Positions 23,901 through 35,800 of a stretch of DNA of 64,000 nucleotides are shown here, in pieces. A program made the position numbers and the translations under genes. This stretch comes from Eledone cirrhosa (taxonomy: Eukaryota): assembly GCA_964016885.1 (NCBI GenBank), contig OZ024757.1:10416001-10480000 (forward strand), read 5' to 3'. Position 1 is the stretch's first letter. Each line of letters begins with the position of its first letter. The notes below the pieces were generated by a model that worked only from the letters and a program-made list of their open reading frames with translations, was not told where the DNA came from and did no database searches.

Positions 23901-26817
23901 GTTGGGGTTGAGTTAAGTTGGGGTTAGGTTAAGTTGGGGATAAGTTAAGTTTGGTTTAAGTTAAGTTGGGGTTAAGTTAAGTTGGGGTTAAGTTAAGTTG
24001 GGATTAGGTTAAGTTGGGGTTAAGTTAAGTTGGGGTTAAGTTAAGTTGTGGCTAAGTTAAGTTGGGGTTAAGTTAAGTTGGGGTTAAGTTAAGTTGGGGT
24101 TAAGTTAAGTTGGAGTTCAGTTAAGTTGGGGTTAAGTTAAGTTGGGGGTAAGTTAATTTGGGGTTAAGTTAAGTTGGGGTTTAGTTAATTTTGGGTTAAG
24201 TCAAGTTGGGGTTAAGTCAAGTTGGGGTTAAGTTAAGTTGGGGTTAAGTTAAGTCGCGGTTAAGTTAAGTTGGGGTTAAGTTAAGTTGGGGTAAGTTAAG
24301 TTGGGGTTAAGTTAAGTTGGGGTTTACTTAAGTTGGGGTTAAGTCAAGTTGGGGTTAAGTCAAGTTGGGGTTAAGTCAAGTTGGGGTTAAGTTAAGTTGG
24401 GGTTAAGTTAAGTTGGGGTTAAATTAAGTTGGGGTTAAGTTAAGTTGGGGTTAAGTTAAGTTTGCGTTAAGTTAAGTTGGGGTTAAGTTAACTTGGGGTT
24501 AAGTTAAGTTGGGGTTAAGTTAAGTTGGGGTTAAGTCAAGTTGGGGTTAAATCAAGTTGGGGTTAACTTAAGTTTGGATTAACTTAAGTTGGGTTAATTT
24601 AAGTTGGGGTTAAGTTGGGGTTAACTTAAGTTGGGGTTAAGTTAAGTTGGGGTTAAGTTAAGTTGGGGTTGAGTTAAGTTGGGGTTGAGTTAAGTTGGGG
24701 TTGAGTTAAGTTGGGGTTGATTTAAGTTGGGGTTGAGTTAAGTTGGGGTCGAGTTAAGTTGGGGTTGAGTTAAGTTGGGGTTGAGGTAAGTTGGGGTTAA
24801 GTTAAGTTGGGATTAGGTTAAGTTGGGGTTAAGTTAAGTTGGGGTTAAGTTAAGTTGTGGTTAATTTAAGTTGGGGTTAAGTTAAGTTGGGGTTAAGTTA
24901 AGTTGGTGTTAAGGTAAGTTGGGGTTAAGTTAAGTTGGGGTTAAGTTAAGTTGGGGTTAAGTTAAGTTGGGGTTAACTTAAGTTGGGGTTAACTTAAGTT
25001 GGGGTTAAGTTGGGGTTAACTTAAGTTGGGGTTAAGTTGGGGTTAACTTAAGTTGGGGTTAAGTTAAGTTGGGGTTGAGTTAAGTTGGGGTTGATTTAAG
25101 TTGGGGTTGAGTTAAGTTGGAGTCGAGTTAAGTTGGGGTTGAGTTAAGTTGGGGTTAAATTAAGTTGGGGTTAAGTTAAGTTGGAGTTAAGTTAAGTTGG
25201 GGTTAAGTTAAGTTGGGGTTAAGTTAAGTTGGCGTTAAATTAAATTGGGGTTAAGTTAAGTTGGGGTTACGTTAAGTTGGGGTTAAGTTAAGTTGGGGTT
25301 AAGTCAAGTTGGGGTTAAATCAAGTTGGGGTTAACTTAAGTTTGGATTAACTTAAGTTGGGTTAACTTAAGTTGGGGTTAAGTTGGGCTTAACTTAAGTT
25401 GGGGTTAAGTTAAGTTGGGGTTGAGTTAAGTTGGGGTTGAGTTAAGTTGGGGTTGAGTTAAGTTGGGGTTAAGTTAAGTTGGGGTTAAGTTAAGTTGGGG
25501 TTAAGTTAAGTTTGGTTTAAGTTAAGTTGGGGTTAAGTTAAGTTGGGGTTAAGTTAAGTTGGGATTAGGTTAAGTTGGGGTTAAGTTAAGTTGGGGTTAA
25601 GTTAAGTTGTGGTTAAGTTAAGTTGGGGTTAAGTTAAGTTGGGGTTAAGTTAAGTTGGGGTTTAGTTAATTTGGGGTTAAGTTAAGTTGGGGTTAAGTTA
25701 AGTTGGGGTTAAGTTAAGTTGGGGTTAACTTAAGTTGGGGTTAACTTAAGTTGGGGTTAAGTTGGGGTTAACTTAAGTTGGGGTTATTTTGGGGTTAACT
25801 TAAGTTGGGGTTAAGTTAAGTTGGGGTTGAGTTAAGTTGGGGTTGATTTAATTTGGGGTTGAGATAAGTTGGAGTCGAGTTAAGTTGGGGTTGAGTTAAG
25901 TTGGGGTTAAGTTAAGTTGGGGTTAAGTTAAGTTGGAGTTAAGTTAAGTTGGGGTTAAGTTAAGTTGGGGTTAAGTTAAGTCGGAGTTAAGTTAAGTTGG
26001 GGTTAAGTTAAGTTGGGGGTAAGTTAAGTTGTGGTTGAGTTAAGTTGGGGTTGAATTAAGTTGGGGTTGAGTTGGGGTTAAGTTAAGTTGGGGTTAAGTT
26101 AAGTTGGGGTTGAGTTAAGTTGGGGTTGAATTAAGTTGGGGTTGAGTTAAGTTGGAGTTAAGTTCAGTTGGGGTTAAGTTAAGTTGGGGTTACGTTAAGT
26201 CGGGGTTAAGTTAAGTTGGGGTTAAGTTAAGTTGGGGGTAAGTTAAGTTGGGGTTAAGTTAAGTTGGGGTTTAGTTAAGTTGGGGTTAAGTTAAGTTGGC
26301 GTTAAGTTAAGTTGGGGTTAAGTTAAGTTGGCGCTAAATTAAGTTGGGGTTAAGTTAAGTTGGGGTTACGTTAAGTTGGGGATAAGTTAAGTTGGGGTTA
26401 AGTCAAGTTGGGGTTAAATCAAGTTGGGGTTAACTTAAGTTTGGATTAACTTAAGTTGGGTTAACTTAAGTTGGGATTAAGTTGGGGTTAACTTAAGTTG
26501 GGGTTAAGTTAAGTTGGGATTAGATTAAGTAGGAGTTAAGTTAAGTTGGGGTTAAGTTAAGTTGTGGTTAAGTTAAGTTGGGGTTAAGTTAAGTTGGGGT
26601 TAAGTTAAGTTGGGGTTAACTTAAGTTGGAGTTAAGTTAAGTTGGGGTTAAGTTAAGTTGAGGCTAAGTTAAGTTGGGGCTGAGTTAACTTGGGGTGAAG
26701 TTAAGTTGGGGTTAAGTTAAGTTGGGGTTAAGGTAAGTTGGGGTTAAGTTAAGTTGGGGTTAAATTAAGTTGGGGTTAAGTTAAGTTGGGGTTAACTTAA
26801 GTTGGGGTTAAGTTGGG
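7692..26817 (+). repeat. Near-identical tandem duplication of ~9.55 kb (~7692-17250 and ~17250-26817)
   Basis: Markers at offset 9,542: GGGC ending 7718/17260, GATATC 9166/18708. Markers at offset 9,558, after one extra monomer near 21850: TAAAG 12341/21899, CGCG 14697/24255, TTTGCG 14903/24461, GCGCTAAA 16773/26331. Confidence 0.92.
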
Positions 26818-29800
26818 GTTAACTTAAGTTGGGGTTAATTTAAGTTGGGGTTGAGTTAAGTTGGGGTTGATTTCAGTTTGGGTTGAGTTAAGTTGGGGTC
26901 GAGTTAAGTTGGGGTTGTGTTAAGTGGGGGTTAAGTTAAGTTGGGGTTAAGTTAAGTTGGGGTTGAGTTAAGTTGGGATCGAGGTAAGTTGGGGTTGAGT
27001 TAAGTTGGGGTTAAGTTAAGTTTGGTTTAAGTTAAGTTGGGGTTAAGTTAAGTTGGGGTTAAGTTAAGGTGGGATTAGGTTAAGTTGGGGTTAAGTTAAG
27101 TTGGGGTTAAGTTAAGTTGTAGTTAAGTTAAGTTGGGGTTAAGTTAAGTTGGGGTTAAGTTAAGTTGGGGTTAAGGTAAGTTGGGGTTAAGTTAAGTTGG
27201 GGTTAAGTTAAGTTGGGGTTAAGTTAAGTTGGGGTTAACTTAAGTTGGGGTTAACTTAAGTTGGGGTTAAGTTGGGGTTTACTTAAGTTGGGGTTAAGTT
27301 GGGGTTAACTTAAGTTGGGGTTAAGTTAAGTTGGAGTCGAGTTAAGTTGGGGTTGAGTTAAGTTGGGGTTAAGTTAAGTTGGGGTTAAGTTAAGTTGGAG
27401 TTAAGTTAAGTTGGGGTTAAGTTAAGTTGGGGTTAAGTTAAGTCGGAGTTAAGTTAAGTTGGGGTTAAGTTAAGTTGGGGGTAAGTTAAGTTGTGGTTAA
27501 GTTAAGTTGGGGTTAAGTTGGGGTTAAGTTAAGTTGGGGTTAAGTTAAGTGGGGTTGAGTTAAGTTGGAGTTAAGTTAAGTTGGGGTTAATTTAAGTTGG
27601 GGTTAAGTTAAGTCGGGGTAAAGTTAAGTTGGGGTTAAGTTAAGTTGGGGGTAAGTTAATTTGTGGTTAAGTTAAGTTGGGGTTTAGTTAATTTGGGGTT
27701 AAGTCAAGTTGGGGTTAAGTCAAGTTGGGGTTAAGTTAAGTTGGGGTTAAGTTAAGTCGGGGTTAAGTTAAGTTGGGGTTAAGTTAAGTTGGGGTAAGTT
27801 AAGTTGGGGTTAAGTTAAGTTGGGGTTTACTTAAGTTGGGGTTAAGTCAAGTTGGGGTTAAGTCAAGTTGGGGTTAAGTCAAGTTGGGCTTAAGTTAAGT
27901 TGGGGTTGAGTTAAGTTGGGGTTGATTTAAGTTGGGGTTGAGTTAAGTTGGGGTCGAGTTAAGTTGGGGTTGAGTTAAGTTGGGGTTGAGGTAAGTTGGG
28001 GTTAAGTTAAGTTGGGGTTAAGTTAAGTTTGGTTTAAGTTAAGTTGGGGTTAAGTTAAGTTGGGGTTAAGTTAAGTTGGGATTAGGTTAAGTTGGGGTTA
28101 AGTTAAGTTGGGGTTAAGTTAAGTTGTGGTTAATTTAAGTTGGGGTGAAGTTAAGTTGGGGTTAAGTTAAGTTGGTGTTAAGGTAAGTTGGGGTTAAGTT
28201 AAGTTGGGGTTAAGTTAAGTTGGGGTTAAGTTAAGTTGGGGTTAACTTAAGTTGGGGTTAACTTAAGTTGGGGTTAAGTAGGGGTTAACTTAAGTTGGGG
28301 TTAAGTTGGGGTTAACTTAAGTTGGGGTTAAGTTAAGTTGGGGTTGAGTTAAGTTGGGGTTGATTTAAGTTGGGGTTGAGTTAAGTTGGAGTCGAGTTAA
28401 GTTGGGGTTGAGTTAAGTTGGGGTTAAATTAAGTTGGGGTTAAGTTAAGTTGGAGTTAAGTTAAGTTGGGGTTAAGTTAAGTTGGGGTTAAGTTAAGTTG
28501 GCGTTAAATTAAATTGGGGTTAAGTTAAGTTGGGGTTACGTTAAGTTGGGGTTAAGTTAAGTTGGGGTTAAGTCAAGTTGGGGTTAAATCAAGTTGGGGT
28601 TAACTTAAGTTTGTATTAACTTAAGTTGGGTTAACTTAAGTTGGGGTTAAGTTGGGCTTAACTTAAGTTGGGGTTAAGTTAAGTTGGGGTTGAGTTAAGT
28701 TGGGGTTGAGTTAAGTTGGGGTTGAGTTAAGTTGGGGTTGAGTTAAGTTGGGGTCGAGTTAAGTTGGGGTTGACTTAAGTTGGGGTTAAGTTAAGTTGGG
28801 GTTAAGTTAATTTGGGGTTAAGTTAAGTTGGGATTAGATTAAGTAGGAGTTAAGTTAAGTTGGGGTTAAGTTAAGTCGGAGTAAAGTTAAGTTGGGGTTA
28901 AGTTAAGTTGGGGGTAAGTTAAGTTGTGGTTAAGTTAAGTTGGGGTTAAGTTGGGGTTAAGTTAAGTTGGTGTTGAGTTAAGTTGGGGTTGAATTAAGTT
29001 GGGATTGAGTTAAGTTGGAGTTAAGTTAAGTTGGGGTTAAGTTAAGTTGGGGTTAAGTTAAGTTGGCGTTAAATTAAGTTGGGGTTAAGTTAAGTTGGGG
29101 TTACGTTAAGTTGGGGTTAAGTTAAGTTGGGGTTAAGTCAAGTTGGGGTTAAATCAAGTTGGGGTTAACTTAAGTTTGGATTAACTTAAGTTGGGTTAAC
29201 TTAAGTTGGGATTAAGTTGGGGTTAACTTAAGTTGGGGTTAAGTTAAGTTGGGGTTGAGTTAAGTTGGGGTTGAGTTAAGTTGGGGTTGAGTTAAGTTGG
29301 GGTTAAGTTAAGTTGGGGTTAAGTTAAGTTGGGGTTAAGTTAAGTTGGGATTAGATTAAGTAGGAGTTAAGTTAAGTTGGGGTTAAGTTAAGTTGTGGTT
29401 AAGTTATGTTGGGGTTAAGTTAAGTTGGGGTTAAGTTAAGTTGGGGTTAACTTAAGTTGGAGTTAAGTTAAGTTGGGGTTAAGTTAAGTTGAGGCTAAGT
29501 TAAGTTGGGGCTGAGTTAACTTGGGGTTAAGTTAAGTTGGGGTTAAGTTAAGTTGGGGTTAAGGTAAGTTGGGGTTAAGTTAAGTTGGGGTTAACTTAAG
29601 TTGGGGTTAACTTAAGTTGGGGTTAAGTTGGGGTTAACTTAAGTTGGGGTTAAGTTAAGTTGGGGTTGAGTTAAGTTGGAGTTAAGTTAAGTTGGGGTTA
29701 ATTTAAGTTGGGGTTAAGTTAAGTTGGGGTTAAGTTAAGTTGGGGTTAACTTAAGTTGGAGTTAAGTTAAGTTGGGGTTAAGTTAAGTTGAGGCTAAGTT

Positions 29801-32800
29801 AAGTTGGGGCTGAGTTAACTTGGGGTGAAGTTAAGTTGGGGTTAAGTTAAGTTGGGGTTAAGGTAAGTTGGGGTTAAGTTAAGTTGGGGTTAAGTTAAGT
29901 TGGGGTTAAGTTAAGTTGGGGTTAACTTAAGTTGGGGTTAAGTTGGGGTTAACTTAAGTTGGGGTTAATTTAAGTTGGGGTTGAGTTAAGTTGGGGTTGA
30001 TTTCAGTTTGGGTTGAGTTAAGTTGGGGTCGAGTTAAGTTGGGGTTGTGTTAAGTGGGGGTTAAGTTAAGTTGGGGTTAAGTTAAGTTGGGGTTGAGTTA
30101 AGTTGGGATCGAGGTAAGTTGGGGTTGAGTTAAGTTGGGGTTAAGTTAAGTTTGGTTTAAGTTAAGTTGGGGTTAAGTTAAGTTGGGGTTAAGTTAAGGT
30201 GGGATTAGGTTAAGTTGGGGTTAAGTTAAGTAGGGGTTAAGTTAAGTTGTAGTTAAGTTAAGTTGGGGTTAAGTTAAGTTGGGGTTAAGTTAAGTTGGGG
30301 TTAAGGTAAGTTGGGGTTAAGTTAAGTTGGGGTTAAGTTAAGTTGGGGTTAAGTTAAGTTGGGGTTAACTTAAGTTGGGGTTAACTTAATTTGGGGTTAA
30401 GTTGGGGTTTACTTAAGTTGGGGTTAAGTTGGGGTTAACTTAAGTTGGGGTTAAGTTAAGTTGGAGTCGAGTTAAGTTGGGGTTGAGTTAAGTTGGGGTT
30501 AAGTTAAGTTGGGGTTAAGTTAAGTTGGAGTTAAGTTAAGTTGGGGTTAAGTTAAGTTGGGGTTAAGTTAAGTCGGAGTTAAGTTAACTTGGGGTTAAGT
30601 TAAGTTGGGGGTAAGTTAAGTTGTGGTTAAGTTAAGTTGGGGTTAAGTTGGGGTTAAGTTAAGTTGGGGTTAAGTTAAGTGGGGTTGAGTTAAGTTGGAG
30701 TTAAGTTAAGTTGGGGTTAATTTAAGTTGGGGTTAAGTTAAGTCGGGGTAAAGTTAAGTTGGGGTTAAGTTAAGTTGGGGGTAAGTTAATTTGTGGTTAA
30801 GTTAAGTTGGGGTTTAGTTAATTTGGGGTTAAGTCAAGTTGGGGTTAAGTCAAGTTGGGGTTAAGTTAAGTTGGGGTTAAGTTAAGTCGGGGTTAAGTTA
30901 AGTTGGGGTTAAGTTAAGTTGGGGTAAGTTAAGTTGGGGTTAAGTTAAGTTGGGGTTTACTTAAGTTGGGGTTAAGTCAAGTTGGGGTTAAGTCAAGTTG
31001 GGGTTAAGTCAAGTTGGGCTTAAGTTAAGTTGGGGTTGAGTTAAGTTGGGGTTGATTTAAGTTGGGGTTGAGTTAAGTTGGGGTCGAGTTAAGTTGGGGT
31101 TGAGTTAAGTTGGGGTTGAGGTAAGTTGGGGTTAAGTTAAGTTGGGGTTAAGTTAAGTTTGGTTTAAGTTAAGTTGGGGTTAAGTTAAGTTGGGGTTAAG
31201 TTAAGTTGGGATTAGGTTAAGTTGGGGTTAAGTTAAGTTGGGGTTAAGTTAAGTTGTGGTTAATTTAAGTTGGGGTGAAGTTAAGTTGGGGTTAAGTTAA
31301 GTTGGTGTTAAGGTAAGTTGGGGTTAAGTTAAGTTGGGGTTAAGTTAAGTTGGGGTTAAGTTAAGTTGGGGTTAACTTAAGTTGGGGTTAACTTAAGTTG
31401 GGGTTAAGTTGGGGTTAACTTAAGTTGGGGTTAAGTTGGGGTTAACTTAAGTTGGGGTTAAGTTAAGTTGGGGTTGAGTTAAGTTGGGGTTGATTTAAGT
31501 TGGGGTTGAGTTAAGTTGGAGTCGAGTTAAGTTGGGGTTGAGTTAAGTTGGGGTTAAATTAAGTTGGGGTTAAGTTAAGTTGGAGTTAAGTTAAGTTGGG
31601 GTTAAGTTAAGTTGGGGTTAAGTTAAGTTGGCGTTAAATTAAATTGGGGTTAAGTTAAGTTGGGGTTAAGTCAAGTTGGGGTTAAATCAAGTTGGGGTTA
31701 ACTTAAGTTTGGATTAACTTAAGTTGGGTTAACTTAAGTTGGGGTTAAGTTGGGCTTAACTTAAGTTGGGGTTAAGTTAAGTTGGGGTTGAGTTAAGTTG
31801 GGGTTGAGTTAAGTTGGGGTTCAGTTAAGTTGGGGTTGAGTTAAGTTGGGGTCGAGTTAAGTTGGGGTTGAGTTAAGTTGGGGTTAAGTTAAGTTGGGGT
31901 TAAGTTAAGTTGGGATTAGGTTAAGTTGGGGTTAAGTTAAGTTGGGGTTAAGTTAAGTCGGAGTAAAGTTAAGTTGGGGTTAAGTTAAGTTGGGGGTAAG
32001 TTAAGTTGTGGTTAAGTTAAGTTGGGGTTAAGTTGGGGTTAAGTTAAGTTGGGGTTGAGTTAAGTTGGGGTTGAATTAAGTTGGGATTGAGTTAAGTTGG
32101 AGTTAAGTTAAGTTGGGTTTAAGTTAAGTTGGGGTTAAGTTAAGTTGGCGTTAAATTAAGTTGGGGTTAAGTTAAGTTGGGGTTACGTTAAGTTGGGGTT
32201 AAGTTAAGTTGGGGTTAAGTCAAGTTGGGGTTAAATCAAGTTGGGGTTAACTTAAGTTTGGATTAACTTAAGTTGGGTTAACTTAAGTTGGGATTAAGTT
32301 GGGGTTAACTTAAGTTGGGGTTAAGTTAAGTTGGGGTTGAGTTAAGTTGGGGTTGAGTTAAGTTGGGGTTGAGTTAAGTTGGGGTTAAGTTAAGTTGGGG
32401 TTAAGTTAAGTTGGGGTTAAGTTAAGTTGGGATTAGATTAAGTAGGAGTTAAGTTAAGTTGGGGTTAAGTTAAGTTGTGGTTAAGTTAAGTTGTGGTTAA
32501 GTTAAGTTGGGGTTAAGTTAAGTTGGGGTTAACTTAAGTTGGAGTTAAGTTAAGTTGGGGTTAAGTTAAGTTGAGGCTAAGTTAAGTTGGGGCTGAGTTA
32601 AATTGGGGTTAAGTTAAGTTGGGGTTAAGTTAAGTTGGGGTTAAGGTAAGTTGGGGTTAATTTAAGTTGGGGTTAAGTTAAGTTGGGGTTAAGTTAAGTT
32701 GGGGTTAACTTAAGTTGGGGTTAACTTAAGTTGGGGTTAAGTTGGGGTTAACTTAAGTTGGGGTTAAGTTAAGTTGGGGTTAATTTAAGTTGGGGTTAAG
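26590..32800 (+). repeat. Second tandem pair of ~3,130-bp units, homologous to 5650-11910
   Basis: GTAG 27119/30249 and GATCGAGG 26977/30107 are 3,130 apart. The rare GTATTAAC variant is shared with the first pair (7674/28613). The second unit is more diverged after ~31640. Confidence 0.82.
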
Positions 32801-35800
32801 TTAAGTCGGGGTAAAGTTAAGTTGGGGTTAAGTTAAGTTGGGGGTAAGTTAATTTGGGGTTAAGTTAAGTTGGGGTTTAGTTAATTTGGGGTTAAGTCAA
32901 GTTGGGGTTAAGTCAAGTTGGGGTTAAGTTAAGTTGGGGTTAAGTTAAGTCGGGGTTAAGTTAAGTTGGGGTTAAGTTAAGTTGGGGTAAGTTAAGTTGG
33001 GGTTAAGTTAAGTTGGGGTTTACTTAAGTTGGGGTTAAGTCAAGTTGGGGTTAAGTCAAGTTGGGGTTAAGTCAAGTTGGGGTTAAGTTCAGTTGGGGTT
33101 AAGTTAAGTTGGGGTTAAATTAAGTTGGGGTTAAGTTAAGTTGGGGTAAGTTAAGATGGCGTTAAGTTAAGTTGGGGTTAAGTTAACTTGGGGTTAAGTT
33201 AAGTTGGGGTTAAGTTAAGTTGGGGTTAAGTCAAGTTGGGGTTAAATCAAGTTGGGGTTAACTTAAGTTTGGATTAACTTAAGTTGGGTTAACTTAAGTT
33301 GGGGTTAAGTTGGGGTTAACTTAAGTTGGGGTTAAGTTAAGTTGGGGTTAAGTTAAGTTGGGGTTGAGTTAAGTTGGGGTTGAGTTAAGTTGGGGTTGAG
33401 TTAAGTTGGGGTTGATTTAAGTTGGGGTTGAGTTAAGTTGGGGTCGAGTTAAGTTGGGGTTGAGTTAAGTTGGGGTTAAGTTAAGTTGGGGTTAAGTTAA
33501 GTTGGGGTTAAGTTAAGTTTGGTTTAAGTTAAGTTGGGGTTAAGTTAAGTTGGGGTTAAGTTAAGTTGGGATTAGATTAAGTTGGGGTTAAGTTAAGTTG
33601 GGGTTAAGTTAAGTTGTGGTTAAGTTAAGTTGGGGTTAAGTTAAGTTGGGGTTAAGTTAAGTTGGGGTTTAGTTAAGTTGGGGTTAAGTTAAGTTGGCGT
33701 TAAGTTAAGTTGGGGTTAAGTTAAGTTGGCGTTAAATTAAGTTGGGGTTAAGTTAAGTTGGGGTTACGTTAAGTTGGGGATAAGTTAAGTTGGGGTTAAG
33801 TCAAGTTGGGGTTAAATCAAGTTGGGGTTAACTTAAGTTTGGATTAACTTAAGTTGGGTTAACTTAAGTTGGGATTAAGTTGGGGTTAACTTAAGTTGGG
33901 GTTAAGTTAAGTTGGCGTTGAGTTAAGTTGGGGTTGAGTTAAGTTGGGGTTGAGTTAAGTTGGGGTTGAGTTAAGTTGGGGTCGAGTTAAGTTGGGGTTG
34001 ATTTAAGTTGGGGTTAAGTTAAGTTGGGGTTAAGTTAAGTTGGGGTTAACTTAAGTTGGAGTTAAGTTAAGTTGGGGTTAAGTTAAGTTGAGGCTAAGTT
34101 AAGTTGGGGCTGAGTTAACTTGGGGTTAAGTTAAGTTGGGGTTAAGTTAAGTTGGGGTTAAGGTAAGTTGGGGTTAAGTTAAGTTGGGGTTAAGTTAAGT
34201 TGGGGTTAAGTTAAGTTGGGGTTAACTTAAGTTGGGGTTAAGTTGGGGTTAACTTAAGTTGGGGTTAATTTAAGTTGGGGTTGAGTTAAGTTGGGGTTGA
34301 TTTCAGTTTGGGTTGAGTTAAGTTGGGGTCGAGTTAAGTTGGGGTTGTGTTAAGTGGGGGTTAAGTTAAGTTGGGGTTAAGTTAAGTTGGGGTTGAGTTA
34401 AGTTGGGATCGAGGTAAGTTGGGGTTGAGTTAAGTTGGGGTTAAGTTAAGTTTGGTTTAAGTTAAGTTGGGGTTAAGTTAAGTTGGGGTTAAGTTAAGGT
34501 GGGATTAGGTTAAGTTGGGGTTAAGTTAAGTTGGGGTTAAGTTAAGTTGGGGTTAAGTTAAGTTGGGGTTAAGGTAAGTTGGGGTTAAGTTAAGTTGGGG
34601 TTAAGTTAAGTTGGGGTTAAGTTAAGTTGGGGTTAACTTAAGTTGGGGTTAACTTAAGTTGGGGTTAAGTTGGGGTTTACTTAAGTTGGGGTTAAGTTGG
34701 GGTTAACTTAAGTTGGGGTTAAGTTAAGTTGGAGTCGAGTTAAGTTGGGGTTGAGTTAAGTTGGGGTTAAGTTAAGTTGGGGTTAAGTTAAGTTGGAGTT
34801 AAGTTAAGTTGGGGTTAAGTTAAGTTGGGGTTAAGTTAAGTCGGAGTTAAGTTAAGTTGGGGTTAAGTTAAGTTGGGGGTAAGTTAAGTTGTGGTTAAGT
34901 TAAGTTGGGGTTAAGTTGGGGTTAAGTTAAGTTGGGGTTAAGTTAAGTGGGGTTGAGTTAAGTTGGAGTTAAGTTAAGTTGGGGTTAATTTAAGTTGGGG
35001 TTAAGTTAAGTCGGGGTAAAGTTAAGTTGGGGTTAAGTTAAGTTGGGGGTAAGTTAATTTGTGGTTAAGTTAAGTTGGGGTTTAGTTAATTTGGGGTTAA
35101 GTCAAGTTGGGGTTAAGTCAAGTTGGGGTTAAGTTAAGTTGGGGTTAAGTTAAGTCGGGGTTAAGTTAAGTTGGGGTTAAGTTAAGTTGGGGTAAGTTAA
35201 GTTGGGGTTAAGTTAAGTTGGGGTTTACTTAAGTTGGGGTTAAGTCAAGTTGGGGTTAAGTCAAGTTGGGGTTAAGTCAAGTTGGGCTTAAGTTAAGTTG
35301 GGGTTAAGTTAAGTTGGGGTTAAATTAAGTTGGGGTTAAGTTAAGTTGGGGTTAAGTTAAGTTGGCGTTAAGTTAAGTTGGGGTTAAGTTAACTTGGGGT
35401 TAAGTCAAGTTGGGGTTAAGTTAAGTTGGGGTTAAGTCAAGTTGGGGTTAAATCAAGTTGGGGTTAACTTAAGTTTGGATTAACTTAAGTTGGGTTAACT
35501 TAAGTTGGGGTTAAGTTGGGGTTAACTTAAGTTGGGGTTAAGTTAAGTTGGGGTTAAGTTAAGTTGGGGTTGAGTTAAGTTGGGGTTGAGTTAAGTTGGG
35601 GTTGAGTTAAGTTGGGGTTGATTTAAGTTGGGGTTGAGTTAAGTTGGGGTCGAGTTAAGTTGGGGTTGAGTTAAGTTGGGGTTGAGGTAAGTTGGGGTTA
35701 AGTTAAGTTGGGGTTAAGTTAAGTTTGGTTTAAGTTAAGTTGGGGTTAAGTTAAGTTGGGGTTAAGTTAAGTTGGGATTAGGTTAAGTTGGGGTTAAGTT

